From a candidate division LCP-89 bacterium (lineage in GTDB: Bacteria > Electryoneota > B3-LCP), in contig JALGVT010000029.1 of the NCBI GenBank assembly GCA_025774555.1, forward strand, positions 1 to 47,883: DNA of 47,883 nucleotides. The letters are read 5' to 3'. Shown here in pieces: positions 31,376 to 40,062 of the stretch. Positions within the stretch are counted from its first letter, which is position 1, and every line of letters begins with the position of its first letter. The translations under genes and the position numbers were made by a program. The notes below the pieces were generated by a model. That model saw nothing but the letters and a program-made list of their open reading frames with translations. It did no database searches and was not told the DNA's origin.

Positions 31376-31694
31376 ATGCTAAAATTAATCCCCTGATAAC
31401 AATTACCATGTATGATTACTTTGTATGTTTTGAAAGGGAAAGCCGGAAAACGATATGTCGGGATAACGAATAATATAATGTAGTCGAATTATCGGTAATT
31501 TCAGTTTAATCCACACAGAGACTTTCCCTGATTATAAAAGTGCCAGGGAACGGGAAAAGTTCTTAAAATCGGGTAAGGGAAGAAACTGGTTAAATGATTT
31601 TGTAGAAACGACGCAGCCCGCCTGAGGCGGGTAAAGTTCGACTTGTGCGCCTTAGGCGCATTCCGCCTTAGGCGCATTCCCGCCGTCTCCACAA
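31376..31694 (+). mobile_element. Integration scar at the ssrA 3' end. A 300-bp insert is bounded by a 19-nt direct repeat of the tmRNA 3' terminus (attcccgccgtctccacaa at 31357-31375 and 31676-31694), with a perfect 16-nt tandem duplication (gccttaggcgcattcc x2, 31649-31680)
   Basis: Exact 19-nt and 16-nt repeats read directly. The displaced copy is followed by what looks like the original ssrA terminator. This is the standard signature of site-specific integration into tmRNA. No integrase gene is present, so it is a remnant. Confidence 0.6.
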
Positions 31695-31696
31695 GG

Positions 31697-31734
31697 AAGC
31701 CACTTCACTCATTGGGGGAGTGGCTTTTATTATA
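31697..31734 (+). terminator. Intrinsic terminator: 9-bp stem aagccactt / gagtggctt followed by a T-run (ttttattat)
   Basis: Read directly. Lies immediately after the displaced tmRNA 3'-end repeat. Confidence 0.55.
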
Positions 31735-31744
31735 CGGATATACT

Positions 31745-32968
31745 ATGAACGATCTACTTATCTGCATCGACCGCAAGGATTTTCCAGCGGCTATACCACA
31801 TAAATTCTATCTCCCTGAATCGTCGCCTGTAGTCTGCTGTGGTCCCGTCGAGATTTTGCAAGGTAAACGTGTTACCATCCTTAATTCCCGCCAATCACCA
31901 CGACTGCATAAGGATAGCGCCTGGGCATTGAACACCATAAAGGCGCTGCGAAATCTCGATCCCAAAGAGACAACTCTGGTCACCAGTCTGGGAACTATCG
32001 CCTGGGATTTCCTTACCTGGACAGGGGGTAAGCTGAGGTTTAAGATAATACTTGTATTCCCCGGTGGAAGCGCTCAGAATTTCAAGCTGTCGCGAACCAG
32101 AGCAATTATGGATCTGGGATTGGATGATCGAATGACACTCGCAATTCGACCGCTGGTGCTTAAGAGCTACAAAAAAAAGAGCGAAGTAAATGCACTACGT
32201 GATCAGTGGATTGTTTCGCTGAGTCATACGATCATGCCATTAAGCGTGCGGACGGGCGGTAATCTCGATACATATTTAAATAGCGCACAACTTAAAACTA
32301 CTGCTGTTTGCCGCGATTATGCAATTCAATATGAAAAGCTTCACCAAGAGCGGAAACCATCTCTGCCGAAGAAGATTGTCACTCCCGAATGGTACAAGAC
32401 AAACGACTTCCTCATCCATTGGACGAGATCGTGCGTCGGTCCCTGGCCTGATGAAAGCAGAGCAGAGCACTTTGAAAGGGTAGTCGCATCAGGTGATTCC
32501 GGCTTGAGCGGGTTGGATACATTGAGACGAATCATCAAAGAGGGAGTTATTCGTGCTTCAAGCAGGTTGATAAGAGACAAGTATGAAGTTGTCCCCTTTA
32601 CTGAAACTTTACCGCAGGAACTCCCTGATTTGATACGATGGCGAGCAGGTCTGCGCAGGTGGACTTTTGAACCTTACGGAATCGCTCTGGCGAGATCTAA
32701 ACTACTTGAAATACGGGCTAAGCCGGTCATATATGGTGATATCAGAGATTATGAAGCGATGTCTGAGGAAGATAAGCCTTTTTTCCAAGTGGCAGGAACA
32801 GGGAAACGGGATTGGAAAAAGGAGAGGGAATGGAGGGTTCAAGGCGACGTTAAACTAAGTTTATTTGGTAAAAATGAAGCTGTCTATATTGTCAACAATA
32901 TAGACGCAGTACAGTCGCTGCGGGAATTGAATACTCATCAGGTTTTAAGTTTAAGTCCGCATGAATAA
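31745..32968 (+). CDS. Divergent DprA/SLOG-superfamily Rossmann-domain protein fused to an uncharacterised ~200-aa C-terminal domain
   Basis: N-terminal half is collinear with DprA Rossmann motifs in degenerate form: NSRQSPR for GSRxxSxYG, TTLVTSLGTIAW for VVSGlAxGID, GGKLRFKIILVFPGG for GGxTIAVLGxG, FKLSRTRAIMDLG for FpxRNRIIagL. The C-terminal half (HWTRS...EPYGIALARS...EWRVQGDVKL) matches nothing recognised. The ORF-track start at 31643 overlaps the att repeat and terminator, so the ATG at 31745 is used. Confidence 0.5.
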   Translation: MNDLLICIDRKDFPAAIPHKFYLPESSPVVCCGPVEILQGKRVTILNSRQSPRLHKDSAWALNTIKALRNLDPKETTLVTSLGTIAWDFLTWTGGKLRFKIILVFPGGSAQNFKLSRTRAIMDLGLDDRMTLAIRPLVLKSYKKKSEVNALRDQWIVSLSHTIMPLSVRTGGNLDTYLNSAQLKTTAVCRDYAIQYEKLHQERKPSLPKKIVTPEWYKTNDFLIHWTRSCVGPWPDESRAEHFERVVASGDSGLSGLDTLRRIIKEGVIRASSRLIRDKYEVVPFTETLPQELPDLIRWRAGLRRWTFEPYGIALARSKLLEIRAKPVIYGDIRDYEAMSEEDKPFFQVAGTGKRDWKKEREWRVQGDVKLSLFGKNEAVYIVNNIDAVQSLRELNTHQVLSLSPHE

Positions 32969-33009
32969 TATGAGACTGTTGAAAAACATTATAATGAGTA
33001 TCCAACTGT

Positions 33010-33110
33010 CACTCCCGCATGGCGTAGCCATCCTCCGTAGAAGTCCTATGGAGAGTCCAGAAATATCAGTTACATAGCTGGATTCCCGTTTTCACGGGAA
33101 TGACATAATT
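33010..33110. repeat. Nested-hairpin intergenic element, copy C (partial or divergent). Stems actgtcactcccg / cgggaatgacat, atggc/gccat, attcccgt/acgggaat
   Basis: Shares aactgtcaYt..cc and gaatgacat motifs and the ttgtatttt end with copies A and B. Sits between the convergent SLOG-like gene and rlmN. Confidence 0.4.
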
Positions 33111-33153
33111 TGTATTTTGCAACAGTCTCAATATAACGCAAAGACTGCCTGAA

Positions 33154-34176
33154 TCAACCGATTTTTCCCGCTAACTGCCCGCACGCAGCCATGATTTCAG
33201 ATCCGCGGCTACGCCTCAGCGTCAGCGTGATTCTCTCCTTCTGGAAAACCTCGTAAAACCTGTTAAAAACAGCGTCCCAGTCAGGAGCTTTCCTTTTCCG
33301 CTTATCTATGGGATTTATGGGGATCAGGTTTAACTTGCAGGGCACTCGCACCAGCCATGTTTTCAATGCCTTTATCATTTCAGGTTTATCATTGACGCCG
33401 TGCATTAAGGTATATTCAAAGGTGATGCGATACCCGTTGATCTTCTGGAAGAATACAGCCGCTTCAATGACTTCATCGATGGGATATTTCTTATTAATCG
33501 GCATCAGTTGAGTGCGTAGATCGTCAACGGGCGCGTTCAGGGAAATCGCCAGCTTCACATTCAAACCTTCATTTGCAAGTTGTTTGATACCGGGGACGAC
33601 GCCAGCTGTGGAGACAGTCATACGCCGCTGCGATAAAGCAGGACCGTTAGAGGATGACAACACACGAATTGCTTTGATTAAATTATCATAATTTAACAGC
33701 GGCTCTCCCATTCCCATAAAGACAATATTGCGTAAAAAGGGTTCTGTCCTAAGGCGGCGAAATTGAACAACCTGATCGATGATCTCGCCGGAAGTTAAAT
33801 TTCGTTTAAAGCCGATTTTCCCCGTAGCACAGAAAGTGCAGGCCAGGGGACACCCGACCTGAGTTGAAACGCAGAGCGTGGCGTGCTCTTTTTCAGGTAT
33901 GTGAACTGATTCAATAGTCAAATCATCATGCAATCTGAATAGCGCCTTGGTGGCGCCATCCGGAGAGGATTGCATCTCGCTGCACTTCAGTAAGTCTAAC
34001 GGTTCAAAAGCAGTCAATCGTTCCCGTAAGCGTAGGGGAAGATCGGTCATTTCTTCGACCGTCGATACTCCGCGTTTGAACAGGGCGGCATAGATCTGCC
34101 TGCCGTGAAAAGGTTTTTCACCCCAATCCGAGACGAGGTTCTGCAATTCGTTCTGGTCTAAGTCCTTTAACCGCAC
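33154..34176 (-). CDS. rlmN: 23S rRNA m2A2503 / tRNA m2A37 methyltransferase RlmN (radical SAM)
   Basis: GCPLACTFCATG radical SAM motif, a C-terminal Cys (MAACGQL) and overall collinearity with RlmN/Cfr. GTG start at 34174-34176. Confidence 0.85.
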   Translation of the reverse strand: MRLKDLDQNELQNLVSDWGEKPFHGRQIYAALFKRGVSTVEEMTDLPLRLRERLTAFEPLDLLKCSEMQSSPDGATKALFRLHDDLTIESVHIPEKEHATLCVSTQVGCPLACTFCATGKIGFKRNLTSGEIIDQVVQFRRLRTEPFLRNIVFMGMGEPLLNYDNLIKAIRVLSSSNGPALSQRRMTVSTAGVVPGIKQLANEGLNVKLAISLNAPVDDLRTQLMPINKKYPIDEVIEAAVFFQKINGYRITFEYTLMHGVNDKPEMIKALKTWLVRVPCKLNLIPINPIDKRKRKAPDWDAVFNRFYEVFQKERITLTLRRSRGSEIMAACGQLAGKIG

Positions 34177-34344
34177 TTAATTATTATTCCTATCTTCAAG
34201 AATCCCGATGTTTCGGGACAAATCTACGTTTCTTTTAACGAAAAAGCAAGAGATTTAATTGACAAAGTGCGGAACATTTTATACTTTGTGAACTTAAATG
34301 AATTGATGGCTGAGATTAGATTACATTGAACATAAGAGGAATTT

Positions 34345-35328
34345 ATGTCGAAGGACGTTGAAACATTACAAAAGCTAACACAGGCGCGCACAAAAATTGA
34401 AGATGAGCTTGGCAAGGTCATTATTGGTCAAAAGGATACAATAGAAGGTCTTTTGATCGGGCTCTTATCGAGGGGACACTGTCTGTTGATCGGTGTGCCG
34501 GGGCTCGCGAAAACACTGATGATAAGCACATTGGCAGAGTGCCTTGATCTATCATTCTCCCGCATCCAGTTCACACCGGATTTGATGCCATCTGACATCA
34601 CCGGAACAGAGATTATCGAGGAAAACAGATCTACAGGCGAGAAAGCGTTCAAATACGTAAAGGGTCCTGTTTTCGCAAATATTGTACTGGCTGATGAGAT
34701 CAATCGAACGCCGCCTAAAACGCAGGCAGCTCTCCTGCAGGCAATGCAGGAACACCAAGTATCAGCGGGCGGAACGACTCATACCTTAGAAGAACCTTTC
34801 TTTGTGCTTGCAACGCAGAATCCCATCGAACAGGAAGGAACCTATCCTTTGCCAGAAGCACAGTTGGATCGTTTTATGTTCAACCTCTGGGTGAATTATC
34901 CTTCCGAAGAGGAGGAGCGGAATATTGTTAAAACGACGACCAGCGCAGACGCAGAATCCATCCATCCGGTGCTGAATCGAGAAGAGATCATCGAACTGCA
35001 GGGCTTGATACGCAGAATTCCAGTTTCTGATCATGTGGTAGAATACGCGGTTAATCTGGCGAGGATGACACGACCGGGTGAGAAATCCACTCCGGAGTTT
35101 GTCAATGATTGGATCAGATGGGGGGCAGGTCCCCGCGCCGGTCAGTACCTGATACTCGGAGCTAAAGCACGCGCTGCCTTGAGCGGCAGACCCACGCCGG
35201 ACGTGGATGACGTAAAATCCGTCGCTCTTGCTGTTCTGCGGCATCGTTTAGTCCTGAATTTCAATGCTGAGGCTGAAGGGATAAGGGCTCCGCAGGTAAT
35301 CGACCGGCTTTTATCTGAAAATGGATAG
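34345..35328 (+). CDS. MoxR-family AAA+ ATPase
   Basis: Walker A GVPGLAKT, Walker B VLADEINR, and a typical MoxR C-terminus. SD gagga. Confidence 0.85.
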   Translation: MSKDVETLQKLTQARTKIEDELGKVIIGQKDTIEGLLIGLLSRGHCLLIGVPGLAKTLMISTLAECLDLSFSRIQFTPDLMPSDITGTEIIEENRSTGEKAFKYVKGPVFANIVLADEINRTPPKTQAALLQAMQEHQVSAGGTTHTLEEPFFVLATQNPIEQEGTYPLPEAQLDRFMFNLWVNYPSEEEERNIVKTTTSADAESIHPVLNREEIIELQGLIRRIPVSDHVVEYAVNLARMTRPGEKSTPEFVNDWIRWGAGPRAGQYLILGAKARAALSGRPTPDVDDVKSVALAVLRHRLVLNFNAEAEGIRAPQVIDRLLSENG

Positions 35329-35368
35329 AGACACTCAAAGCGAAGACGAATAGCACACTCAATCGAAA

Positions 35369-36265
35369 ATGGCAGCAAATTCTGAAGAAATATTAACACC
35401 TCAGGCGCTGGCGCGGATTTCAAATCTACAGTTGCTTGCAAAACGGGTGGTAGAGGGTTTCATTACCGGTCTGCATAAAAGTCCCTACCACGGATTTTCC
35501 GTTGAATTTGCTGAACACCGACCGTATATGCCGGGCGATCCTATCCGGCACGTTGATTGGAAGGTTTACGCCCGCACCGACCGTTACGTTATCAAACGGT
35601 TTCAGGAAGAGACCAATCTGAAAAGCTACATCTTGCTGGATACTTCAGCGTCCATGGCATTCTCATCTGGGAATATCACCAAGCTGCAATACGGTATTTC
35701 TCTATGCGCCGCACTTGCCTATCTCATGATCGAACAGCGAGACGCGGTAGGACTGGCGTTATTCGATGACACGATACGAAAGTTACTGCAACCGCGTTCG
35801 GTCCGCAGTTACTTGAATGTAATCTTCAAAGAACTGCAAGAGACCATACCGTCTGGTGTAACGCGCGTCGAGGAGACGCTTCACCGCGTCGCCGAAAGAA
35901 TGAAACGCAGGGGCTTAGTGGTTCTTATATCTGATCTTTTGGATGATCCTGAATCCATTATATCGGGTTTGAAGCATTTCAGGTGGGACGGGCATGAAGT
36001 AATTGTCCTTCACATTCTGGATCCAATCGAGAGAACTTTCGCTTTCAGCCGTGACGCTCGTTTCAGAGATATGGAGACGGATGAAAGAATCGTTTCACAA
36101 CCCTGGCATCTGCGGGAAGCGTATCAGGAAGAGATGGATAAGTATTTAGAGCAGATTAAAGCGGGATGCAGAAACAACGGTGTCGATTACGCCCTCTTCG
36201 ATACAACGCAGCCCTATGATTTCGCCTTGATGGAATACCTGAATAAACGAAAGAGATTGCACTAA
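35369..36265 (+). CDS. DUF58-family protein (VWA-like partner of MoxR)
   Basis: Conserved HRPYMPGDPIRHVDWKVYARTDRYVIKRFQEE block typical of DUF58. Lies immediately downstream of MoxR. Confidence 0.8.
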   Translation: MAANSEEILTPQALARISNLQLLAKRVVEGFITGLHKSPYHGFSVEFAEHRPYMPGDPIRHVDWKVYARTDRYVIKRFQEETNLKSYILLDTSASMAFSSGNITKLQYGISLCAALAYLMIEQRDAVGLALFDDTIRKLLQPRSVRSYLNVIFKELQETIPSGVTRVEETLHRVAERMKRRGLVVLISDLLDDPESIISGLKHFRWDGHEVIVLHILDPIERTFAFSRDARFRDMETDERIVSQPWHLREAYQEEMDKYLEQIKAGCRNNGVDYALFDTTQPYDFALMEYLNKRKRLH

Positions 36266-36287
36266 CAGACAAATACTGAGGTGACAA

Positions 36288-38702
36288 ATGAGAAAGACTA
36301 TTATTATTATATCAATATTGTTGACAGTCTCGGCGGCTAATGCGCAGGGGATTGCGCTTCCTTCGACGTCAATTTCCGTTACGGACAATGTCTTTGCAAC
36401 TGTTTCAAATCCAGCCTGGCTGGGAATCAGACCCGGCGCGGAACTGTTCTTCGCTTTTCCAAATACGGAAACCGATTCTGGCGAGGAACTCGGACTGATG
36501 GTAAAACTGGGAACACTTGGTTTTGCCGGGGAATTTGTTCATACAGAAAATGAGTTCTACAACAAATATACGATTGGTCATGGCTGGGAACTTGCAAATG
36601 GTTTTTTTATGGGATTCAGCCATAGCTGGTATCGAGTCGTCGATTGGGATGGCAGTTGGAATTTCGGATTGGGGTACAGACCGCTGCCGTTTTTCAGCGC
36701 TGGGGCAGTCGCATACGATATCAATCAGCCCAACCATAGTGGCGTGGAATTGGAAACGTCCTATGGTTTTTCAGCTGCATTGCGTCCTTTTGGTCATCGG
36801 CTGACAATTTCTGGAGACGTCCTGCTTACAAAAGATGCATCGCACGACTACGGCGAAGAAATCGATCCGGTGATTAGATTGGAAGCCATACCTCTTGATG
36901 GTATTCGCCTGATGGGAGAATACCATACAGACAGCGAGGCATACGGTGTTGGTTTATCGTTAGCAATTGATAATTTAAGCGCTGGTTTCTTCAGTAATAT
37001 GGATAATGAAGGTGAAAGACTAAACTCATTGGAATATGTCCATTTTACTTCCGGAAGGCAGGCTAATCTTTTATCACCGAAATCTCATCAGATCGTTGAA
37101 GTTACCATCGGCGGCAAAATCCATGAAGCCAAACCGCCTTTCTCATTCTTCAAACCGAGAGGAAAGACGTTACGTCAACTTCGTTGCGAGATAGACCATT
37201 ATGCCAACGATCCCAAAGTCGATGGGCTGGTTTTGAAATTTGAAAGCCCGGTTATGGGATTGGCGCAGGCTCAGCAGTTACGACGCACACTTGAGGAATT
37301 CAAGTCCACGGGAAAGAAAATAATCAGCTACTCAGAAGGCTACTCTTTTAAGGAATACTATATCGCATCCGTGTGCGATGAGATGTACCTGATGCCTACA
37401 GGTTTTATTGAACTTCAAGGATTAGCTGTAGTTCTCGGTTACTGGAAAGGAACGCTTGATAAGCTGGGTATTGGAGTGCAGGTAGCACATGTAAAAGACT
37501 ACAAAACCGCGGCAAATTCGTTCTTATATGAAGACGCCACCCAAGAAGAAGCAGATATGATCAACTGGCTCTTAGATGATATTTTCAATCAGATCTGTCA
37601 AAGAATTGGAGAAGGGCGGGGGTGGAGCCTCGATGAAGTGAAGGAGAAGATCGACGACGGCGCATATTACGCGGGGAAAGCGCTGGGAAATGGTCTAATC
37701 GAAGAACTCAAGTATTATGATGAGATAGAAGAAGAAATTAAGGAGGAGAATGTTCTTACCAGCGAAAAAAGCTACTGGATGTTCCCTGCATACAAAGAAA
37801 AGTGGGATGACGTCAGGACACCGCGAGTAGCGGTAATCTATGCTGAAGGAGCAATCGCCAGCGGCGAAAGCGAAAACAGTTTCTTCGGTGAAAGTAGGCG
37901 CTTGGGATCGAAGACGTTAACTAAAGCGATTCGTAAGGCAAGGGAGGATAAATCCATAGATGCAATTATAATGCGAGTCAATTCTCCGGGAGGATCAGCC
38001 ACTGCTTCCGAAGCAATTTACAGAGAAGTAAGAAGATCAGTCACAGATGAAGAAAATCGCAAACCGTTTATCGTTTCTATGGGCAACGAGGCGGGTTCTG
38101 GAGGTTATTATATTTCCTGCGCCGCGGATACGATCATCGCTGAGGAGAGCACCATCACCGGATCAATTGGAGTCCTTGGCGGTAAGTTTAATTTAACCGG
38201 ACTCTATGATAAAATCTACTATAATACGCATACTTTCAAGAGGGGTGAACATTCCGACGCCTGGCGGCTGCATCGCCCCTTCAGCGACGAAGAAATGGAG
38301 TTGCTACAAGAAATAGTCGAAGACATCTATAAAGATTTCGTGAGAAAGGTGTCAGTAGCGCGTTCCATGACAGCGGAAGAGATAAACGAGATCGGCGAAG
38401 GCAGAGTCTGGACAGGTGCTCAGGCAAAAGAGAATGGTCTGGTCGATCTGATAGGCGGGATGGATCTGGCATTCAAAGTAGTGCGAGCAAAACTCGGAGT
38501 CGAGGAGACGACACTCCTTGAATTAGAAATACTGCCAGAGTCAAAGGGTTTATTTGGCATAGTCGCCAATGACATTGCAAAACTAAGCAGTCTGAATTTG
38601 CCGGACGCTCTATCAGAAGTCATAGATCCAATCTCCTTAATGGCTGAATTCTACGACGGCACACCACTGATGCTGATGCCCTATGAAGTTGAAGTAAAAT
38701 AA
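36288..38702 (+). CDS. sppA: Signal peptide peptidase SppA (S49, tandem protease domains) with a ~270-aa beta-rich N-terminal extension and signal peptide
   Basis: Two ClpP/crotonase-like S49 modules (ISYSEGYS...; RVNSPGGSATASE...SMGNEAGSGGYYI). Signal peptide MRKTIIIISILLTVSAANAQG. Confidence 0.75.
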   Translation: MRKTIIIISILLTVSAANAQGIALPSTSISVTDNVFATVSNPAWLGIRPGAELFFAFPNTETDSGEELGLMVKLGTLGFAGEFVHTENEFYNKYTIGHGWELANGFFMGFSHSWYRVVDWDGSWNFGLGYRPLPFFSAGAVAYDINQPNHSGVELETSYGFSAALRPFGHRLTISGDVLLTKDASHDYGEEIDPVIRLEAIPLDGIRLMGEYHTDSEAYGVGLSLAIDNLSAGFFSNMDNEGERLNSLEYVHFTSGRQANLLSPKSHQIVEVTIGGKIHEAKPPFSFFKPRGKTLRQLRCEIDHYANDPKVDGLVLKFESPVMGLAQAQQLRRTLEEFKSTGKKIISYSEGYSFKEYYIASVCDEMYLMPTGFIELQGLAVVLGYWKGTLDKLGIGVQVAHVKDYKTAANSFLYEDATQEEADMINWLLDDIFNQICQRIGEGRGWSLDEVKEKIDDGAYYAGKALGNGLIEELKYYDEIEEEIKEENVLTSEKSYWMFPAYKEKWDDVRTPRVAVIYAEGAIASGESENSFFGESRRLGSKTLTKAIRKAREDKSIDAIIMRVNSPGGSATASEAIYREVRRSVTDEENRKPFIVSMGNEAGSGGYYISCAADTIIAEESTITGSIGVLGGKFNLTGLYDKIYYNTHTFKRGEHSDAWRLHRPFSDEEMELLQEIVEDIYKDFVRKVSVARSMTAEEINEIGEGRVWTGAQAKENGLVDLIGGMDLAFKVVRAKLGVEETTLLELEILPESKGLFGIVANDIAKLSSLNLPDALSEVIDPISLMAEFYDGTPLMLMPYEVEVK

Positions 38703-38716
38703 CGCGCGGAGTAATA

Positions 38717-39922
38717 ATGAGCAGTAAAAAATTGATCTTCAGTTTGACTGTGTTATGCCTAATTTACGTGCTCACTGCAGCAGGTGAAGTGCATCCGCTC
38801 TATAAAGCAGCTCAATCAGAAGAGGATGTGAACAAATCAGTTGAACTGTATTGGCAATTCTTTAATGAAGCAAAAGGTGATTCTTCCTTTGCTGCTGCCG
38901 CATACGATTTCTCAAGGCTGTTAGCTAAGAACGAACGACTGGAGGATCTCGTTAAGTTCGGGGATATGCTAATCGAGGTTGAATCTCCACCCGCATCCAC
39001 GATGAATACCATCTCCTGGGCATTGGCTGTTACAGATACAGCGCTGGAAAAAAGTATAGATTTCAGTAGGTCAGCAGTGGAAACACAAAGGTCGAATCTT
39101 GCACTGCCGGTTCCAGCAGATAAATCAGAGAAGGCGTGGAAAGACCGCCAGAATTACCGATTGGGTTATTACCTTGATACACACGGTTTTGCCTTGCTGA
39201 AAAAGGGTAATGCGGAAGAAGCTCTCAGAACCTTTAAAGAGGTCGAAGGACTGATGCCTGAACCGGACTACGAACTTTTCACACATATCGCAGAGGCATA
39301 TCTAGATATAGGGAAACCTTCACCTGCTTTAAAATATGCGTTGAAAGCGCGATATTTTGTCGGCAGCGATGAGAATGAAGAGATCAACAGACTGCTGAAG
39401 GAAGCCTACGTCGCAAACACGAGCAGCGGCGATGGTTTTAAGGCATACGTCAGTAATCAGCTCGATGAACTGCGTGCTGAAGAATTTGAAAGACTGGTAT
39501 CACAGAGGATAAACATTCCCGCAAAACAGTTCGAACTTGAGTCATTAAGTGGAAAGAAAGTAAAGCTCACCGACTACTCAGGGCAGATCGTGTTGATCGA
39601 TTTCTGGGCGACATGGTGTCCGCCTTGCCTGGAAGAACTGCCGCTTCTTCAGGAAGCGAACAAGAAGTGGGAGAAAGAGGGGATTACACTGCTTGCAGTT
39701 TCGACCGATAAAGATAGATCTAAGGTAGCGCCTTTAATTGAAGAAAACGGTTACACATTCACGGTGCTCTTCAATGAAGACACCTCAAAGGACTATGACG
39801 TTTCTGTTATCCCCACTTTAGTTGTTATAGGTGAAAATGGTAAAATCCAATATAGACATATAGGTTTTCGACCTGATATAGTCGAAATTCTGGATATGCA
39901 GTTCGATGCACTGCGCGAATAA
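38717..39922 (+). CDS. Secreted TPR-like domain protein with C-terminal TlpA/ResA-type thioredoxin domain (WCPPC)
   Basis: Signal peptide. Thioredoxin-fold motif IDFWATWCPPCLEELP. Confidence 0.75.
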   Translation: MSSKKLIFSLTVLCLIYVLTAAGEVHPLYKAAQSEEDVNKSVELYWQFFNEAKGDSSFAAAAYDFSRLLAKNERLEDLVKFGDMLIEVESPPASTMNTISWALAVTDTALEKSIDFSRSAVETQRSNLALPVPADKSEKAWKDRQNYRLGYYLDTHGFALLKKGNAEEALRTFKEVEGLMPEPDYELFTHIAEAYLDIGKPSPALKYALKARYFVGSDENEEINRLLKEAYVANTSSGDGFKAYVSNQLDELRAEEFERLVSQRINIPAKQFELESLSGKKVKLTDYSGQIVLIDFWATWCPPCLEELPLLQEANKKWEKEGITLLAVSTDKDRSKVAPLIEENGYTFTVLFNEDTSKDYDVSVIPTLVVIGENGKIQYRHIGFRPDIVEILDMQFDALRE

Positions 39923-40062
39923 GAGGACTATCAATATTCAAGAAAGAAGCTTGGTATAATTCCGAGTTTTTATAAATCGTGAAGAGTTTTCACCTTGATT
40001 TAACTTGCAATTATAAAATATTTCGCTTATACTTGATATTACCTACAAAAGTACGAGTCAAT

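Noticed and set aside
31649-31680. Two perfect 16-nt direct repeats as a mini CRISPR array
   Set aside because: There are only two contiguous copies with no spacer. This is better explained as a tandem duplication at an integration junction.
31643-31744. N-terminal extension of the SLOG-like ORF as given in the track
   Set aside because: The extension would run through the tmRNA att repeat and a strong intrinsic terminator. The first ATG after the terminator (31745) is the plausible start.
34177-34344. tRNA or other small RNA in the rlmN-moxR divergent intergenic region
   Set aside because: It holds only a short cccga/tcggg hairpin and promoter-like TTGACA/TATACT elements. No tRNA cloverleaf or T-loop GGTTCGA motif is present.
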